A DNA stretch of 64,000 nt from Acidobacteriota bacterium (GTDB lineage Bacteria > Acidobacteriota > Vicinamibacteria > Vicinamibacterales > SCN-69-37), in NCBI GenBank assembly GCA_009694745.1, contig SHUF01000009.1, positions 330 through 64,329 of the forward strand. Reading direction: 5' to 3'. The position numbers and the translations under genes are program-made. Below the pieces are notes generated by a model, which was not told where the DNA came from, made no database searches, and saw only the letters and a list, made by a program, of their open reading frames with translations. Each line of letters begins with the position of its first letter. Positions within the stretch are counted from its first letter, which is position 1. Positions 19,980 to 33,959 of this stretch are shown piece after piece.

Positions 19980-20833
19980 TGATGCGAATCGTGTGTGGGT
20001 GGCTGCTGGCGTGCGCGATTGTGGCGCCGACGGTCCAGCATGCGCCGACCCCCGTGGCGGTCCCCCCGGCGGATACCTCCGCACGCGCAGTCATCGCAAA
20101 GGCCGCAGCCTATCTCAAGGAATACAAAGAGGCGCTGCAGTTCGTCCTGTGTGACGAGGCCACCATCCAGGACGTGCTGGACGAACGTGGGAGTCGCGCC
20201 GCGCACCGTGAAACGTCCGGCGAGTTCTTCCTGACGTATCTGCCGACCGAAGGCGGCTGGGTGGGGGTGCGCGACATCGCCATCGTGGACGGTGTGCCCC
20301 TCGAGAAGCGCGACAACCTGCGCGAGCTGCTGACGAAGGCATCCTTCGCGCGTATCGGCCGCCAACTGGCCGACCGCAACGCGCGCTACAACATCGGGTC
20401 CATCTCGAGGAACGTCAACGATCCGATGCTGGCGCTCGTGATTCTCGATGACAGACATCGCGACCGCTTCAAGTTCGAGCGGCGCCGCGTGGAGCCGTCG
20501 GCCATCGGCCCGATGGTGACGATCACGTTCACCGAGCGCGAGGCACCTACGCTCGTGCGCGGTGCCGACGGCAGTCAGATCTTCGCGAAGGGCGAGCTGG
20601 TCATCGACGCGACGACCGGGCGCCTGCTTCGCACGTCCATCACATTGAAGGACGGCAAGACCACCGGCACACTGACCACGGTCTTTTCCGAGAACCAGAA
20701 ACTAGGTCTCTGGTTGCCGGCGTCACTGACGGAGAACTACGAACACAGCGCCGGCCGTCTGGCCGAGAAGATCCTGGCGCACTCCACCTACAGCAACTAC
20801 CGCCGCTTCAACGTCAACGTCGTCATCAAATAG
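19979..20833 (+). CDS. Secreted hypothetical protein resembling 17761-18717 at the C-terminus
   Basis: TGATG coupling; signal peptide; GELVIDATTG, LWLP...YSNYRRF. Confidence 0.7.
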   Translation: MMRIVCGWLLACAIVAPTVQHAPTPVAVPPADTSARAVIAKAAAYLKEYKEALQFVLCDEATIQDVLDERGSRAAHRETSGEFFLTYLPTEGGWVGVRDIAIVDGVPLEKRDNLRELLTKASFARIGRQLADRNARYNIGSISRNVNDPMLALVILDDRHRDRFKFERRRVEPSAIGPMVTITFTEREAPTLVRGADGSQIFAKGELVIDATTGRLLRTSITLKDGKTTGTLTTVFSENQKLGLWLPASLTENYEHSAGRLAEKILAHSTYSNYRRFNVNVVIK

Positions 20834-20836
20834 CGG

Positions 20837-21592
20837 CTACTTCACCAAGCTGAACATGGCGTTGTCGATGATGACGTTGTGCGCGACGGTGTCGAGCTTG
20901 ATGGTCACTGTCTGAATCGGCGTTGAGTTCACCGTCATGAGCGGGACTTTGACACCATCGATCGCGCGATAGTCCGAGAGATCAGCGGTCTGTTCCATGT
21001 CGCCGCCCGCTTGGGGCACGTTGACCTTCGCTGTTGTCCGCACGACCAGGAACGACTCGGCGTCCATAAACACGCGGGCCACCGATCCAACCTTTGGCGT
21101 GACGAGCAGGACAATGACGCTCTTGCCCGCGAGTGTTTCCCGTGGCAGGAGCTCGACCTTCAGGCCCGTTTCCTTGTAGTTGAGCAACTGGCTGGGGAAC
21201 ACGCTGTTCTTCATGTTGTCCAGCTGATTGCCCGTGATCTCGTTGTCGCCTTCCAGCGAGTTCAGCGCCCAGCCTGCAGTGCCGTCGAACTTCTGGTCAA
21301 GCGTCATTTTTTCGGCCACGCCCAGCGCCGACAGGTCCAATGACATGACCGCTCGCGTCTTGTTGGGCGCTTTCGAATAGAGCTCGACAGGGCCACTCAG
21401 GTCCCCGTTCGGCGTCGTAATGGTGATCATTCCGGTCGCCTTGCGTGTGGTCAGCTTGCCAAGGGCGTCGCGGCCGCCCATGGCCGTCAGGTGCTTCTCA
21501 ACGATTTCGTCAACAGTTTGCGCAGCTGCAACAGTGGCCAGCGCGGGAGCGAGAAGGAACGTCAGCAGGAGCGGCAGGGAGTGTTTTTTCAT
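20837..21592 (-). CDS. Outer-membrane lipoprotein-sorting (LolA-like) family protein
   Basis: ATG 21592; signal peptide; QTVDEIVEKHLTAMGG...KAPNK...FDGTAGW...SDYRAIDGVKVP. Confidence 0.7.
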   Translation of the reverse strand: MKKHSLPLLLTFLLAPALATVAAAQTVDEIVEKHLTAMGGRDALGKLTTRKATGMITITTPNGDLSGPVELYSKAPNKTRAVMSLDLSALGVAEKMTLDQKFDGTAGWALNSLEGDNEITGNQLDNMKNSVFPSQLLNYKETGLKVELLPRETLAGKSVIVLLVTPKVGSVARVFMDAESFLVVRTTAKVNVPQAGGDMEQTADLSDYRAIDGVKVPLMTVNSTPIQTVTIKLDTVAHNVIIDNAMFSLVK

Positions 21593-21631
21593 AAGTCTCA
21601 ATTTTATACGTAGCCCGGCCGGGCGGGTTCG

Positions 21632-23677
21632 TCACCGGCGAATGAGCAGTCTGATCCCGTCAATTCTGGCGGCTTCCGACAGTGTAGCCGAGCCGCTCAG
21701 GGCGACGTGCAGGTTTGCGCCCTTGGTCGTGTCCATGATCCCGGCGTCCGTGATGATGTAGTCGCAGGGGCCCATGGCCGGCCGCACCGCTGCCGTGACT
21801 GTGACGTCCCGTGCCGCGTAGTACACGAAGTTCGTCAGGCGCACGTCCTGCAGGGCCATCGGCAGATTGAACCGCGTGGTGGCGAAGAACCGTCGCCCGG
21901 CAGTGCATGTGACGCCGTCGCGCGCCTCACTTTGTAGCGCAGCGTCGTACACCCGCTCCTCTTTCGACTGCGGCCAGTTCGTCATCGCCGCAGTGCGTTC
22001 CACAACGCCACGGGCGTTCGCGTCGCGCGCCCAGACGCCGAAACCGATCGAACCGGCAACAACGACTACTGCAGCCGTAGCGGACATCGCGCGGGAGCGG
22101 CTGGTCGCTGCCAGTACAATCAGCCACACCAGCAGCGCAGCTGCCGCAGCCTGGAACGCTGGCAGCGGCGGGAACGGTGGCTCGGGTTCACCGGCCAGAA
22201 TGGCCAGGCTGCCACCAGCAATCAGAAGCCCCGTCACACCGGCCACGGGCGTGCGCCGGTACCAGGGGAACGAAGTTGGAAACAGGCCGACCCACGCGAC
22301 GAGCGGGAAAAACACCACCCACGGCATCGCGTAGCGAAGCGACAGACCCCGCGTCCATTCGAGGCTGGTCCACGGCGCGCCCATCAGCACCCAGATCATC
22401 ACGGCGCCAGTGACGGCAATGATCATAAAGGACCACACGCGGGCTTGCACCAGGGATGACGACGCGCCGCGGAGCTTGCTCACGATCGCGTCGAGCGGCA
22501 CCAGCCACATTCCAGCGATGACGAACAGATACCAGCGGCTCAACCAGATTTCAGTGAAGTAGCGTGCCCCCCCCCAGAGGTCGTAGTTGCTGGTCTCCTT
22601 CATGTCGCCCAGCACCGACAAGTACATCGACGCCCCCAACGTCACGCCCGGAAACAGCGAATCCCACACCCACCAGTTGCGCACAAGCCAGATGCCGCCC
22701 GCGCCAAGCATCGCCACCGTTGCGCCAACCCAGACCAGCACCGACAGGCGTTCGTGCGCTCCCGACGGCGTCGTGCGTCCCCGCATGCGCTGAAGGACCA
22801 GCGCGACAACGGCCGGCAAACCCAGGAGCCCGGCCACCGGCACGCCGGTCACCTTCGTTCCCAGAAGTAATCCGGTACACATGGCAATCAGCCACACGTC
22901 CATCGACGTTAGCCGCCGCCGCATCACCGGCGCCAAGAGCGCCACCGCAAGCGCTACTGCCGATGCCGCGAAAAAAAGATCAGCCGACATCAGGCCGGCA
23001 TAACGAAACAGCCGCGTGCCAAACAAGGCAAGCGTCGCCCACGTCGCCCACGCAAGGCCCGACAGCCCCGTAAGCTGACGGAACAGATATCCCACCGAGG
23101 ACACGAGCAGCAGGAACGGCAACACCATCACCACGTCGGTGAGCAGTGTCGTGTTCAGCGGCAGGATGAACCATGCCGCGAGCATGCTCGACCCCATCGG
23201 GTACAGATGTGGCGTCGGCGGCAGCGCGAAGAGACTCGACCCTAACGCGAGATTGATGGCATTGGGCACGTGATAATGCGCAGCATCGGTGCCGCTCACT
23301 TCGAGCGTAGGCACACCTATGAGGATCCATTGCGCCACCACCGCGACCAGCGTGAGGATGGCCGCGAACTCAAGCGCGCGTGAGACGCCGTCGTCTGTCG
23401 GGGGCACTTCGGTTGTGACGGCATTGCCTCTCATGCGCCAGGCCATGCACCCATGACCTACCGCAAGAATGACGATGGTGCGGGTGAGTGTGAGGGCGCT
23501 GGCGGCCGACAGAAAGTGGAGAACGATCGATAGACCGGCGATGCCGGCGACCATCGTTCGAAACCAGCGCTCGTCGCGCGACAGCGACGAGTCCGCCCGG
23601 TTCACCGATCGCGCGGTCAGCAGGAAGTGGCCGACCGTCGCGAAGCACCAGGCGGCAAGGGCTACGCTCGAATCCAC
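21632..23677 (-). CDS. Large polytopic membrane protein, possible GT-C glycosyltransferase
   Basis: Many TM segments; loop motif DAAHYHVP...YPMG; GTKVTG, WLVRNWW. Confidence 0.6.
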   Translation of the reverse strand: MDSSVALAAWCFATVGHFLLTARSVNRADSSLSRDERWFRTMVAGIAGLSIVLHFLSAASALTLTRTIVILAVGHGCMAWRMRGNAVTTEVPPTDDGVSRALEFAAILTLVAVVAQWILIGVPTLEVSGTDAAHYHVPNAINLALGSSLFALPPTPHLYPMGSSMLAAWFILPLNTTLLTDVVMVLPFLLLVSSVGYLFRQLTGLSGLAWATWATLALFGTRLFRYAGLMSADLFFAASAVALAVALLAPVMRRRLTSMDVWLIAMCTGLLLGTKVTGVPVAGLLGLPAVVALVLQRMRGRTTPSGAHERLSVLVWVGATVAMLGAGGIWLVRNWWVWDSLFPGVTLGASMYLSVLGDMKETSNYDLWGGARYFTEIWLSRWYLFVIAGMWLVPLDAIVSKLRGASSSLVQARVWSFMIIAVTGAVMIWVLMGAPWTSLEWTRGLSLRYAMPWVVFFPLVAWVGLFPTSFPWYRRTPVAGVTGLLIAGGSLAILAGEPEPPFPPLPAFQAAAAALLVWLIVLAATSRSRAMSATAAVVVVAGSIGFGVWARDANARGVVERTAAMTNWPQSKEERVYDAALQSEARDGVTCTAGRRFFATTRFNLPMALQDVRLTNFVYYAARDVTVTAAVRPAMGPCDYIITDAGIMDTTKGANLHVALSGSATLSEAARIDGIRLLIRR

Positions 23678-23967
23678 TTCAGCAGCTCAGGCAGCGTTTC
23701 GGGCTCGAGACCACGGCCGCGATGAACTGAACCTTCTGGGCCAGGCCTTTTGAGAGCGTCTCGACCTTTTTTGTCGGCCCAATCGCCGAGTTGGAGGCGG
23801 CCAAGCCCGTCTTTGATGGCCACGTCGACCTCGGCCATCGGCTTTCCCGACCCGTTTGGCCCGATAAAGCCGTAGATCGAGCCTTCGGGCACGGTCAGGG
23901 AAACGCCGTTGACGGCCTGGTGTTCTCCGAATCGCTTTGAGACGTTATGAATGGCGATGGCACTCAT
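23662..23967 (-). pseudogene. Collapsed ABC ATPase plus permease operon remnant
   Basis: ATPase start to Walker A GPNGSGK, jump to helical domain, frameshift in an A-run before [14 protein letters not shown], then a permease-like C-terminus [11 protein letters not shown]. Confidence 0.75.
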
Positions 23968-23995
23968 GGGCAAACTCGGACCTCTTTGGACGGGG

Positions 23996-24025
23996 TTGAC
24001 AGGCTTGTGAAAGCTTTCACATTAT
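23996..24025 (+). promoter_or_regulatory. sigma70 promoter with overlapping Rex/CRP-type operator
   Basis: TTGACA 23996-24001, CATTAT 24020-24025; TTGTGAAAGCTTTCACAT 24005-24022 with a perfect 16-bp palindromic core. Confidence 0.75.
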
Positions 24026-24179
24026 AGATGTCGCGCCCCGGACTCTCCGCCCGTCCGGGACGTTCGTTCGAAGGAAAACACACGATCTTGCGCCGCCATT
24101 GTCGCCCGAAAACGAGCCCCGGCGCTGTTTGTGTGTATTCAAATTTTGATCGAGTAGGCTAGGGGCGAATCGCAGCCCT

Positions 24180-24835
24180 ATGAGCCAGATTTTTCCAAAA
24201 AGCGCCAACGCTGCCGTCCGGTCGAGCCTCTTTGCGGTGCTGACCCTCGTCCTGTTCCTCGGATGGGTGGGATTCACGTTGATGCGTTCATCGTGGCTCA
24301 CCAAACAGAGCGAGTACGTCGAGCAGCCCATTCAGTTCAGCCATGCCCACCACGTGGGCGGCATCGGCCTAGACTGCCGTTACTGTCATACGTCGGTGGA
24401 GAAGTCTTCGTTCGCGGGTATCCCGCCAACCAAGACGTGCATCAACTGCCACTCGCAGATTTGGGCTACGGCACCGATTCTTGAACCCGTCAGGGCGAGT
24501 TTCCGAGACGACACGCCCATGAAGTGGAAGCGCGTGACCGACCTTCCCGATTTTGTCTACTTCAACCACCAGATTCACGTGAAGCAGGGCGTGGGATGCG
24601 CCACGTGCCACGGCCCTGTGGACAAGATGCCGCTCATCACGCAGGCCACCTCCATGCAAATGGAATGGTGCCTGGCGTGCCACCGCGAGCCTGAGAAGTT
24701 CCTGCGCCCGCGGGCCGAGGTCTTCAACATGGCCTATGAAGCGCCGGCCAACCAGATCGAACTCGGTCTGCGGCTCAAGAAGGAATACAACGTTGCCGGG
24801 ATCGAACACATGACAAGCTGCTCGGTTTGCCACCG

Positions 24836-24839
<4 letters not shown>
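24180..24839 (+). CDS. actA: Alternative complex III pentaheme cytochrome c
   Basis: N-terminal TM; five CxxCH (CRYCH, CINCH, CATCH, CLACH, CSVCH). Confidence 0.92.
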
Positions 24840-27856
<3,017 letters not shown>

Positions 27857-27880
27857 AGACCGCACGAACGGAGAGAGTCG

Positions 27881-29283
<1,403 letters not shown>

Positions 29284-29284
<1 letters not shown>

Positions 29285-29835
29285 TGGCCCACCAGGCAAC
29301 GATCGAATCACCCCTTCACGGCCTGATGGCCGAGTTCGACTCGGCTCAGGCGCTGCTTGATGCCGCGCACAAAGTGCGCAGCGCGGGTTACACGCGCACC
29401 GACGCCTATTCGCCCATGCCCATTCACGGTCTGGCTGAAGCGCTCGGCATGAAGGAACGCAAAGTTGCGCCGTTTGTGCTGGCCGGAGGCATCGCCGGCA
29501 TGCTCGCCGGCTACGGCCTGCAGTACTGGACGTCGGTGATTGCCTATCCGATGAACATCGGCGGGCGGCCGCTCCACTCGTGGGTGTCGTTCATTCCTGT
29601 GACCTTTGAGCTGACCATCCTGTTCGCGGCGTTTTCCGCGGGCATCTCGATGATTGTGCTCAACGGGCTGCCGCAGCCCTACCATCCCGTGTTTAATACC
29701 GCCCGTTTTTCATTGGCCAGCTCGTCGGCGTTTTTCCTCGCCATCGAAGCCACAGACCCGAAGTTCGACGCCGGGCAGACTGCCGCATTCCTGGCGAGCC
29801 TGCACCCGCGTGAGGTGGTGCCCGTTGATCACTAA
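29284..29835 (+). CDS. actD: Alternative complex III subunit D (DUF3341)
   Basis: DAYSPMPIHG, YPMNIGGRP, FELTILFAA. Confidence 0.9.
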
Positions 29836-29851
29836 GTCGAGAAAGAGACCC

Positions 29852-30457
29852 ATGGGCCGCTGGACTGCCGCGCTCGGCGTGTTGCTGCTTACGGCCGCCG
29901 GCTGTCGTCAGGACATGCACGACGCGCCGCGCTACGACCCGCTCGAGGCGTCGGACCTGTTCACCAACGGCAGCTCGGTGCGGCCGCTCGTGCCGGGCAC
30001 CGTGCCGCGCGGCCAGTTGAATGACGATGCGTTTCTGCATACGGGCAAGGGGCCGGACGGCCTGCCGGTCACGGCGTTCCCGTTCGCCATTACGCACGTA
30101 GAGCTCGACCGCGGCCAGGATCGCTACAACGTGTATTGCGCGCCCTGCCACGGCCGCACCGGTGAGGGGAACGGCATGGTGGTGCAGCGCGGGTATCGCC
30201 AGGCGCAGTCCATGCACATCGATCGCCTGAAGCTGGCGCCTGTGGGCTACTTCTACGACGTCATCACGAACGGGTTTGGCGTGATGCCCGACTACCGCAC
30301 GCAGATTCCCGTGGAAGACCGCTGGAAGATCGTCGCGTATGTGCGCGCACTGCAGCTGAGCCGCACGGCGACCACGGCCGACATGCCGGCCGACGCCCTG
30401 GCGCGATTGCTGAAGGGTGAGCCGGCGGCCAAGGCTCCCGTGGAGATTCATCGATGA
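29852..30457 (+). CDS. actE: Alternative complex III monoheme cytochrome c lipoprotein
   Basis: Lipobox AAGC-RQDM; CAPCH; start may instead be TTG 29825. Confidence 0.88.
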   Translation: MGRWTAALGVLLLTAAGCRQDMHDAPRYDPLEASDLFTNGSSVRPLVPGTVPRGQLNDDAFLHTGKGPDGLPVTAFPFAITHVELDRGQDRYNVYCAPCHGRTGEGNGMVVQRGYRQAQSMHIDRLKLAPVGYFYDVITNGFGVMPDYRTQIPVEDRWKIVAYVRALQLSRTATTADMPADALARLLKGEPAAKAPVEIHR

Positions 30458-31662
30458 CGAGTGAGTTGAACCCGGCGCAGATGCTCAAGGAGCGTCCCAC
30501 CGCCGACCTCAGCCGGCTGAGCACCAGGGCGTTGCTCTTTGGTGGCGTGGGCGCAGCCGCCTGCGCGGCCGGGTTTTTCATGGTGGACTGGTCGCAGTTC
30601 CTCCAGTCGTACCTCATTGCGTACATGTTCTGGCTTGGGCTCACGCTGGGATCGCTGGCCCTGCTGATGATCCAGCACCTGAGCGGCGGCGCGTGGGGCC
30701 TGGTGGGTCGGCGCATCTTCGAGGCGGCCACCCGAACGCTGCCGTTGATGGCCGTGTTGTTCCTGCCGATCGCGATGAACATGCAGACGCTGTACCTCTG
30801 GGCGCGTCCTGAAGCCGCGAACGACGCCATCCTGGTGACGAAGCAGGCGTACCTCAACGTCAACTTCTTCTATGTCCGCGCCGTGCTGTATTTCGTGGTC
30901 TGGATGGCCCTGGCGTTCACGCTGAGCAAATGGTCGAAGGCGCAGGATGAATCCGCGCCACTCGAGCCCGGGCGCATGGACCGGCGCTTCCGCGTATTGT
31001 CGGGCCCGGGCCTGGTCCTGTTCATGCTGTCGGTCACGTTCATGAGCGTGGACTGGGTGATGTCGCTCGACCCGCACTTCTACTCGACGATTTTCGGCGT
31101 GTTGACGGTTGGCGGGCAGTGCCTGGCGACGATCGCGTTCACGATTCTGACACTGCAGGCGCTGTCACACGCGAAACCGATTTCCGACGTGACGAACGCC
31201 GAACGGTTTCATGACTATGGCAAGTTGATGCTGGCCTTCGTCATGTTGTGGGCGTACTTCAACGTGTCGCAGTTGCTCATCATCTGGTCGGCCAACCTGC
31301 CCGAAGAAATTCCGTGGTACATCGAACGCCTGCGCGGCCACTGGGGTCCGTGGGCGGTATTCGTTCTGGTCGGCCATTTCGTGGCACCCTTTGTCTTGCT
31401 GCTCTCGCGTGACCTGAAGCGGCACGGCCGCACATTGTCGTACGTCGCGCTGTTCATCCTATTCATGCGGGTGGTGGATCTGGTGTGGACGGTGGGTCCG
31501 GTCTTCCGGCACGAGTCCACCGGACACTGGCTCGACTTTGCGATGGTGGCCGGCATGTCGCTGCCGTGGTTGTTCCTCTTCTACAGTAACCTGGGCAGCC
31601 GGGCTCTGGTCCCGGCGCACGATCCGTATTTCAAGGAGTCTGTGATCAGTGAAGGACATTAA
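30454..31662 (+). CDS. actF: Alternative complex III subunit F
   Basis: Polytopic; DWVMSLDPHFYST, HDYGK, IIWSANLPEE. Confidence 0.9.
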   Translation: MTSELNPAQMLKERPTADLSRLSTRALLFGGVGAAACAAGFFMVDWSQFLQSYLIAYMFWLGLTLGSLALLMIQHLSGGAWGLVGRRIFEAATRTLPLMAVLFLPIAMNMQTLYLWARPEAANDAILVTKQAYLNVNFFYVRAVLYFVVWMALAFTLSKWSKAQDESAPLEPGRMDRRFRVLSGPGLVLFMLSVTFMSVDWVMSLDPHFYSTIFGVLTVGGQCLATIAFTILTLQALSHAKPISDVTNAERFHDYGKLMLAFVMLWAYFNVSQLLIIWSANLPEEIPWYIERLRGHWGPWAVFVLVGHFVAPFVLLLSRDLKRHGRTLSYVALFILFMRVVDLVWTVGPVFRHESTGHWLDFAMVAGMSLPWLFLFYSNLGSRALVPAHDPYFKESVISEGH

Positions 31663-32077
31663 TCACCTCCACTCCGAGGACGTGCGGACCGAAGGCGACG
31701 GCATCTCGTACAAGGGGCTGGCGTGGTCGGTGATCATTCTCACGATCATCACGCTGTTCTGCTACGCGTTCGTCGTGGGGATGTTCAAGTGGATGGAGTC
31801 GCGCGCGGTGGCCAATGACGCCACGCGTTCGCCGCTCGCGGCCCCGCCCGTGCAGCCGACGATCGTGGACGGCCGTGTGGTGGGCGGCAGCACGGCGCCC
31901 GTGCCGAGCCTGCTCGTCAACGAGCCCATCAACCTCCAGAAGTTCCGGTCACACGAAGAAGAGATCCTGACCACGTACGGATGGGTGGATCAGAACGCCG
32001 GCATCGTGCGGCTGCCCATCGATCGTGCGAAAGCCCTGCTCCTTGAGCGCGGCATTGCCGTGCGGGAGTCCCGGTGA
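31649..32077 (+). CDS. Single-TM accessory subunit (ActG-like)
   Basis: YGWVDQNAGIVRLPIDRA motif; position between actF and SCO. Confidence 0.7.
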   Translation: MKDINHLHSEDVRTEGDGISYKGLAWSVIILTIITLFCYAFVVGMFKWMESRAVANDATRSPLAAPPVQPTIVDGRVVGGSTAPVPSLLVNEPINLQKFRSHEEEILTTYGWVDQNAGIVRLPIDRAKALLLERGIAVRESR

Positions 32078-32958
32078 TGCACAGCCCTCGGGGATTTCGC
32101 CTCGTGTGTGTGACGGCCCTGATGGCCGTGGTCGCTGTGGTGTCTCCGGCGGCCCAGCGTTCAGCGCCAGGCTCGAGCGCCCCAGGCCAGCCGGCCATGG
32201 CGCCGCTCCCGATTCTGACCGACGTCCGCATCGACCAGAAACTCGATTTACCTGTGCCTCTGGACCTGACGTTTGTGGACGAGGCCGGCAAGAACGTGAC
32301 GCTCAGCCAATACTTCGGCGCGCGTCCCGCCGTGCTCGCGCTCGTGTACTACGAGTGCCCGATGCTGTGCACGCAGGTGCTCAACGGGTTGTTTTCGTCG
32401 CTTGAGCCGCTCAAGCTCGACGCCGGCCGCGACTTCGATATCATCGTGGTGAGTTTTGACCCGGGCGAGACGCCGGCGATGGCGCGGGCGAAGAAGGCCA
32501 GCTACCTCAAGCACTACCAGCGGCCGACCGGCGAAGCCGGCATTCACTTCCTGACCGGCCGTCAGGCCGAGATCGACACACTCGCCGACGCCGTCGGGTT
32601 CCGCTACGCCTACGACGAGGCGATTGATCAGTACGCCCATCCGGCGGCTGTCACGGTCCTGACGCCGAAGGGCTACGTGTCCAAGTATCTCTACGGCGTT
32701 GAATTTGCGCCCATGGACTTCCGGTTTGCCATGGTGTCGGCCGGCGAAGGCAAGATTGGCACGCTGGTGGATCAGGCGCTGCTCTACTGTTTCCACTACG
32801 ACCCCGCCACGGGCAAATACAGCGTGGCAATTATGACGTTCGTGCGTCTGGGCGGCGTGCTGACCTTGCTCGGCCTGATGGCTTTTCTTGTGGTGCACCT
32901 GCGGCGCGATCGTCGGCAGAACAGCGCGGTGGCGTCCACCGCAACGGGTATTCGGTAA
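32074..32958 (+). CDS. SCO1/SenC copper chaperone
   Basis: YYECPMLC (CxxxC), distal YAH, C-terminal TM. Confidence 0.9.
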   Translation: MMHSPRGFRLVCVTALMAVVAVVSPAAQRSAPGSSAPGQPAMAPLPILTDVRIDQKLDLPVPLDLTFVDEAGKNVTLSQYFGARPAVLALVYYECPMLCTQVLNGLFSSLEPLKLDAGRDFDIIVVSFDPGETPAMARAKKASYLKHYQRPTGEAGIHFLTGRQAEIDTLADAVGFRYAYDEAIDQYAHPAAVTVLTPKGYVSKYLYGVEFAPMDFRFAMVSAGEGKIGTLVDQALLYCFHYDPATGKYSVAIMTFVRLGGVLTLLGLMAFLVVHLRRDRRQNSAVASTATGIR

Positions 32959-33944
32959 TGCAGAGCAGTTTTCCTCTGTTCCCGGAGGCCGCGTCCTCAA
33001 TCGCGAGTGACGTCGACCTCCTGTATTTCTTCATTCTGGCGGTCAGCTCGTTCTTCGCCATCCTGGTGTCGGCGGCTGTGGTGTACTTTGCCATCAAGTA
33101 CCGGCGGCGCCATCCAGACGAAGTGGGGCACGACATCCACGGCTCGATTGTCCTGGAACTGGTCTGGACGGTCATCCCCTTCGTGCTCGCGATGGTGATG
33201 TTCTTCTGGGGTGCCGACCTCTACTTCCGCCTGGCGCGTCCGCCGGCGGACTCGATGGAAGTGTTCGTGGTCGGCAAGCAGTGGATGTGGAAAGTGCAGC
33301 ATCCCGAAGGCGTGCGCGAAATCAACGAACTCCACGTGCCCATCAACCGCAACGTGCGCATCACACTGGGCTCCGAGGACGTGCTGCACGACTACTACAT
33401 CCCCGCGTTCCGCGTGAAGATGGACGCCGTGCCGGGCAAGCTGACGACGATGTGGTTTAAGGCGACGAAGGCGGGCACCTACCATATCTTCTGCGCCGAA
33501 TATTGCGGCACGCAGCACTCCGGCATGATCGGCCAGGTCATCGCGATGGAGGAACACGACTACGAAGCGTGGCTTGCGGGCGGCCGCACCACGGGCACCG
33601 CAGTCGAAAACGGCGAGCGGTTGTTCACGCAGCTTGCATGCATCACGTGCCACAAGACCGACACGTCGGGCCGTGGTCCTCTGCTGGCGGGCGTCTTCGG
33701 GTCAACCGTTCAATTGATGGACGGCCGCAAAGTGGTGGCTGATGAAAACTACCTGCGGGAATCCATCATGAATCCGCAGGCGAAGATCGTGCTGGGCTAC
33801 CAGCCGATCATGCCGACGTTCCAGGGCACGGTGAGCGAAGAGAATCTGCTTCAGCTCATCGCCTATATCAAGACACTGAAGGCGCCAGCGGCCGCCCCGG
33901 CCGCCGGAGCTCCGGCGGCGGCAGGCCAACCGGGCAGGCAATAG
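32958..33944 (+). CDS. coxB: Cytochrome c oxidase subunit II with fused cytochrome c (caa3 type)
   Basis: CuA ligands DVLH...CAEYCGTQHSGM; CITCH. Confidence 0.95.
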   Translation: MQSSFPLFPEAASSIASDVDLLYFFILAVSSFFAILVSAAVVYFAIKYRRRHPDEVGHDIHGSIVLELVWTVIPFVLAMVMFFWGADLYFRLARPPADSMEVFVVGKQWMWKVQHPEGVREINELHVPINRNVRITLGSEDVLHDYYIPAFRVKMDAVPGKLTTMWFKATKAGTYHIFCAEYCGTQHSGMIGQVIAMEEHDYEAWLAGGRTTGTAVENGERLFTQLACITCHKTDTSGRGPLLAGVFGSTVQLMDGRKVVADENYLRESIMNPQAKIVLGYQPIMPTFQGTVSEENLLQLIAYIKTLKAPAAAPAAGAPAAAGQPGRQ

Positions 33945-33959
33945 GGCGCAAGGATCGTT

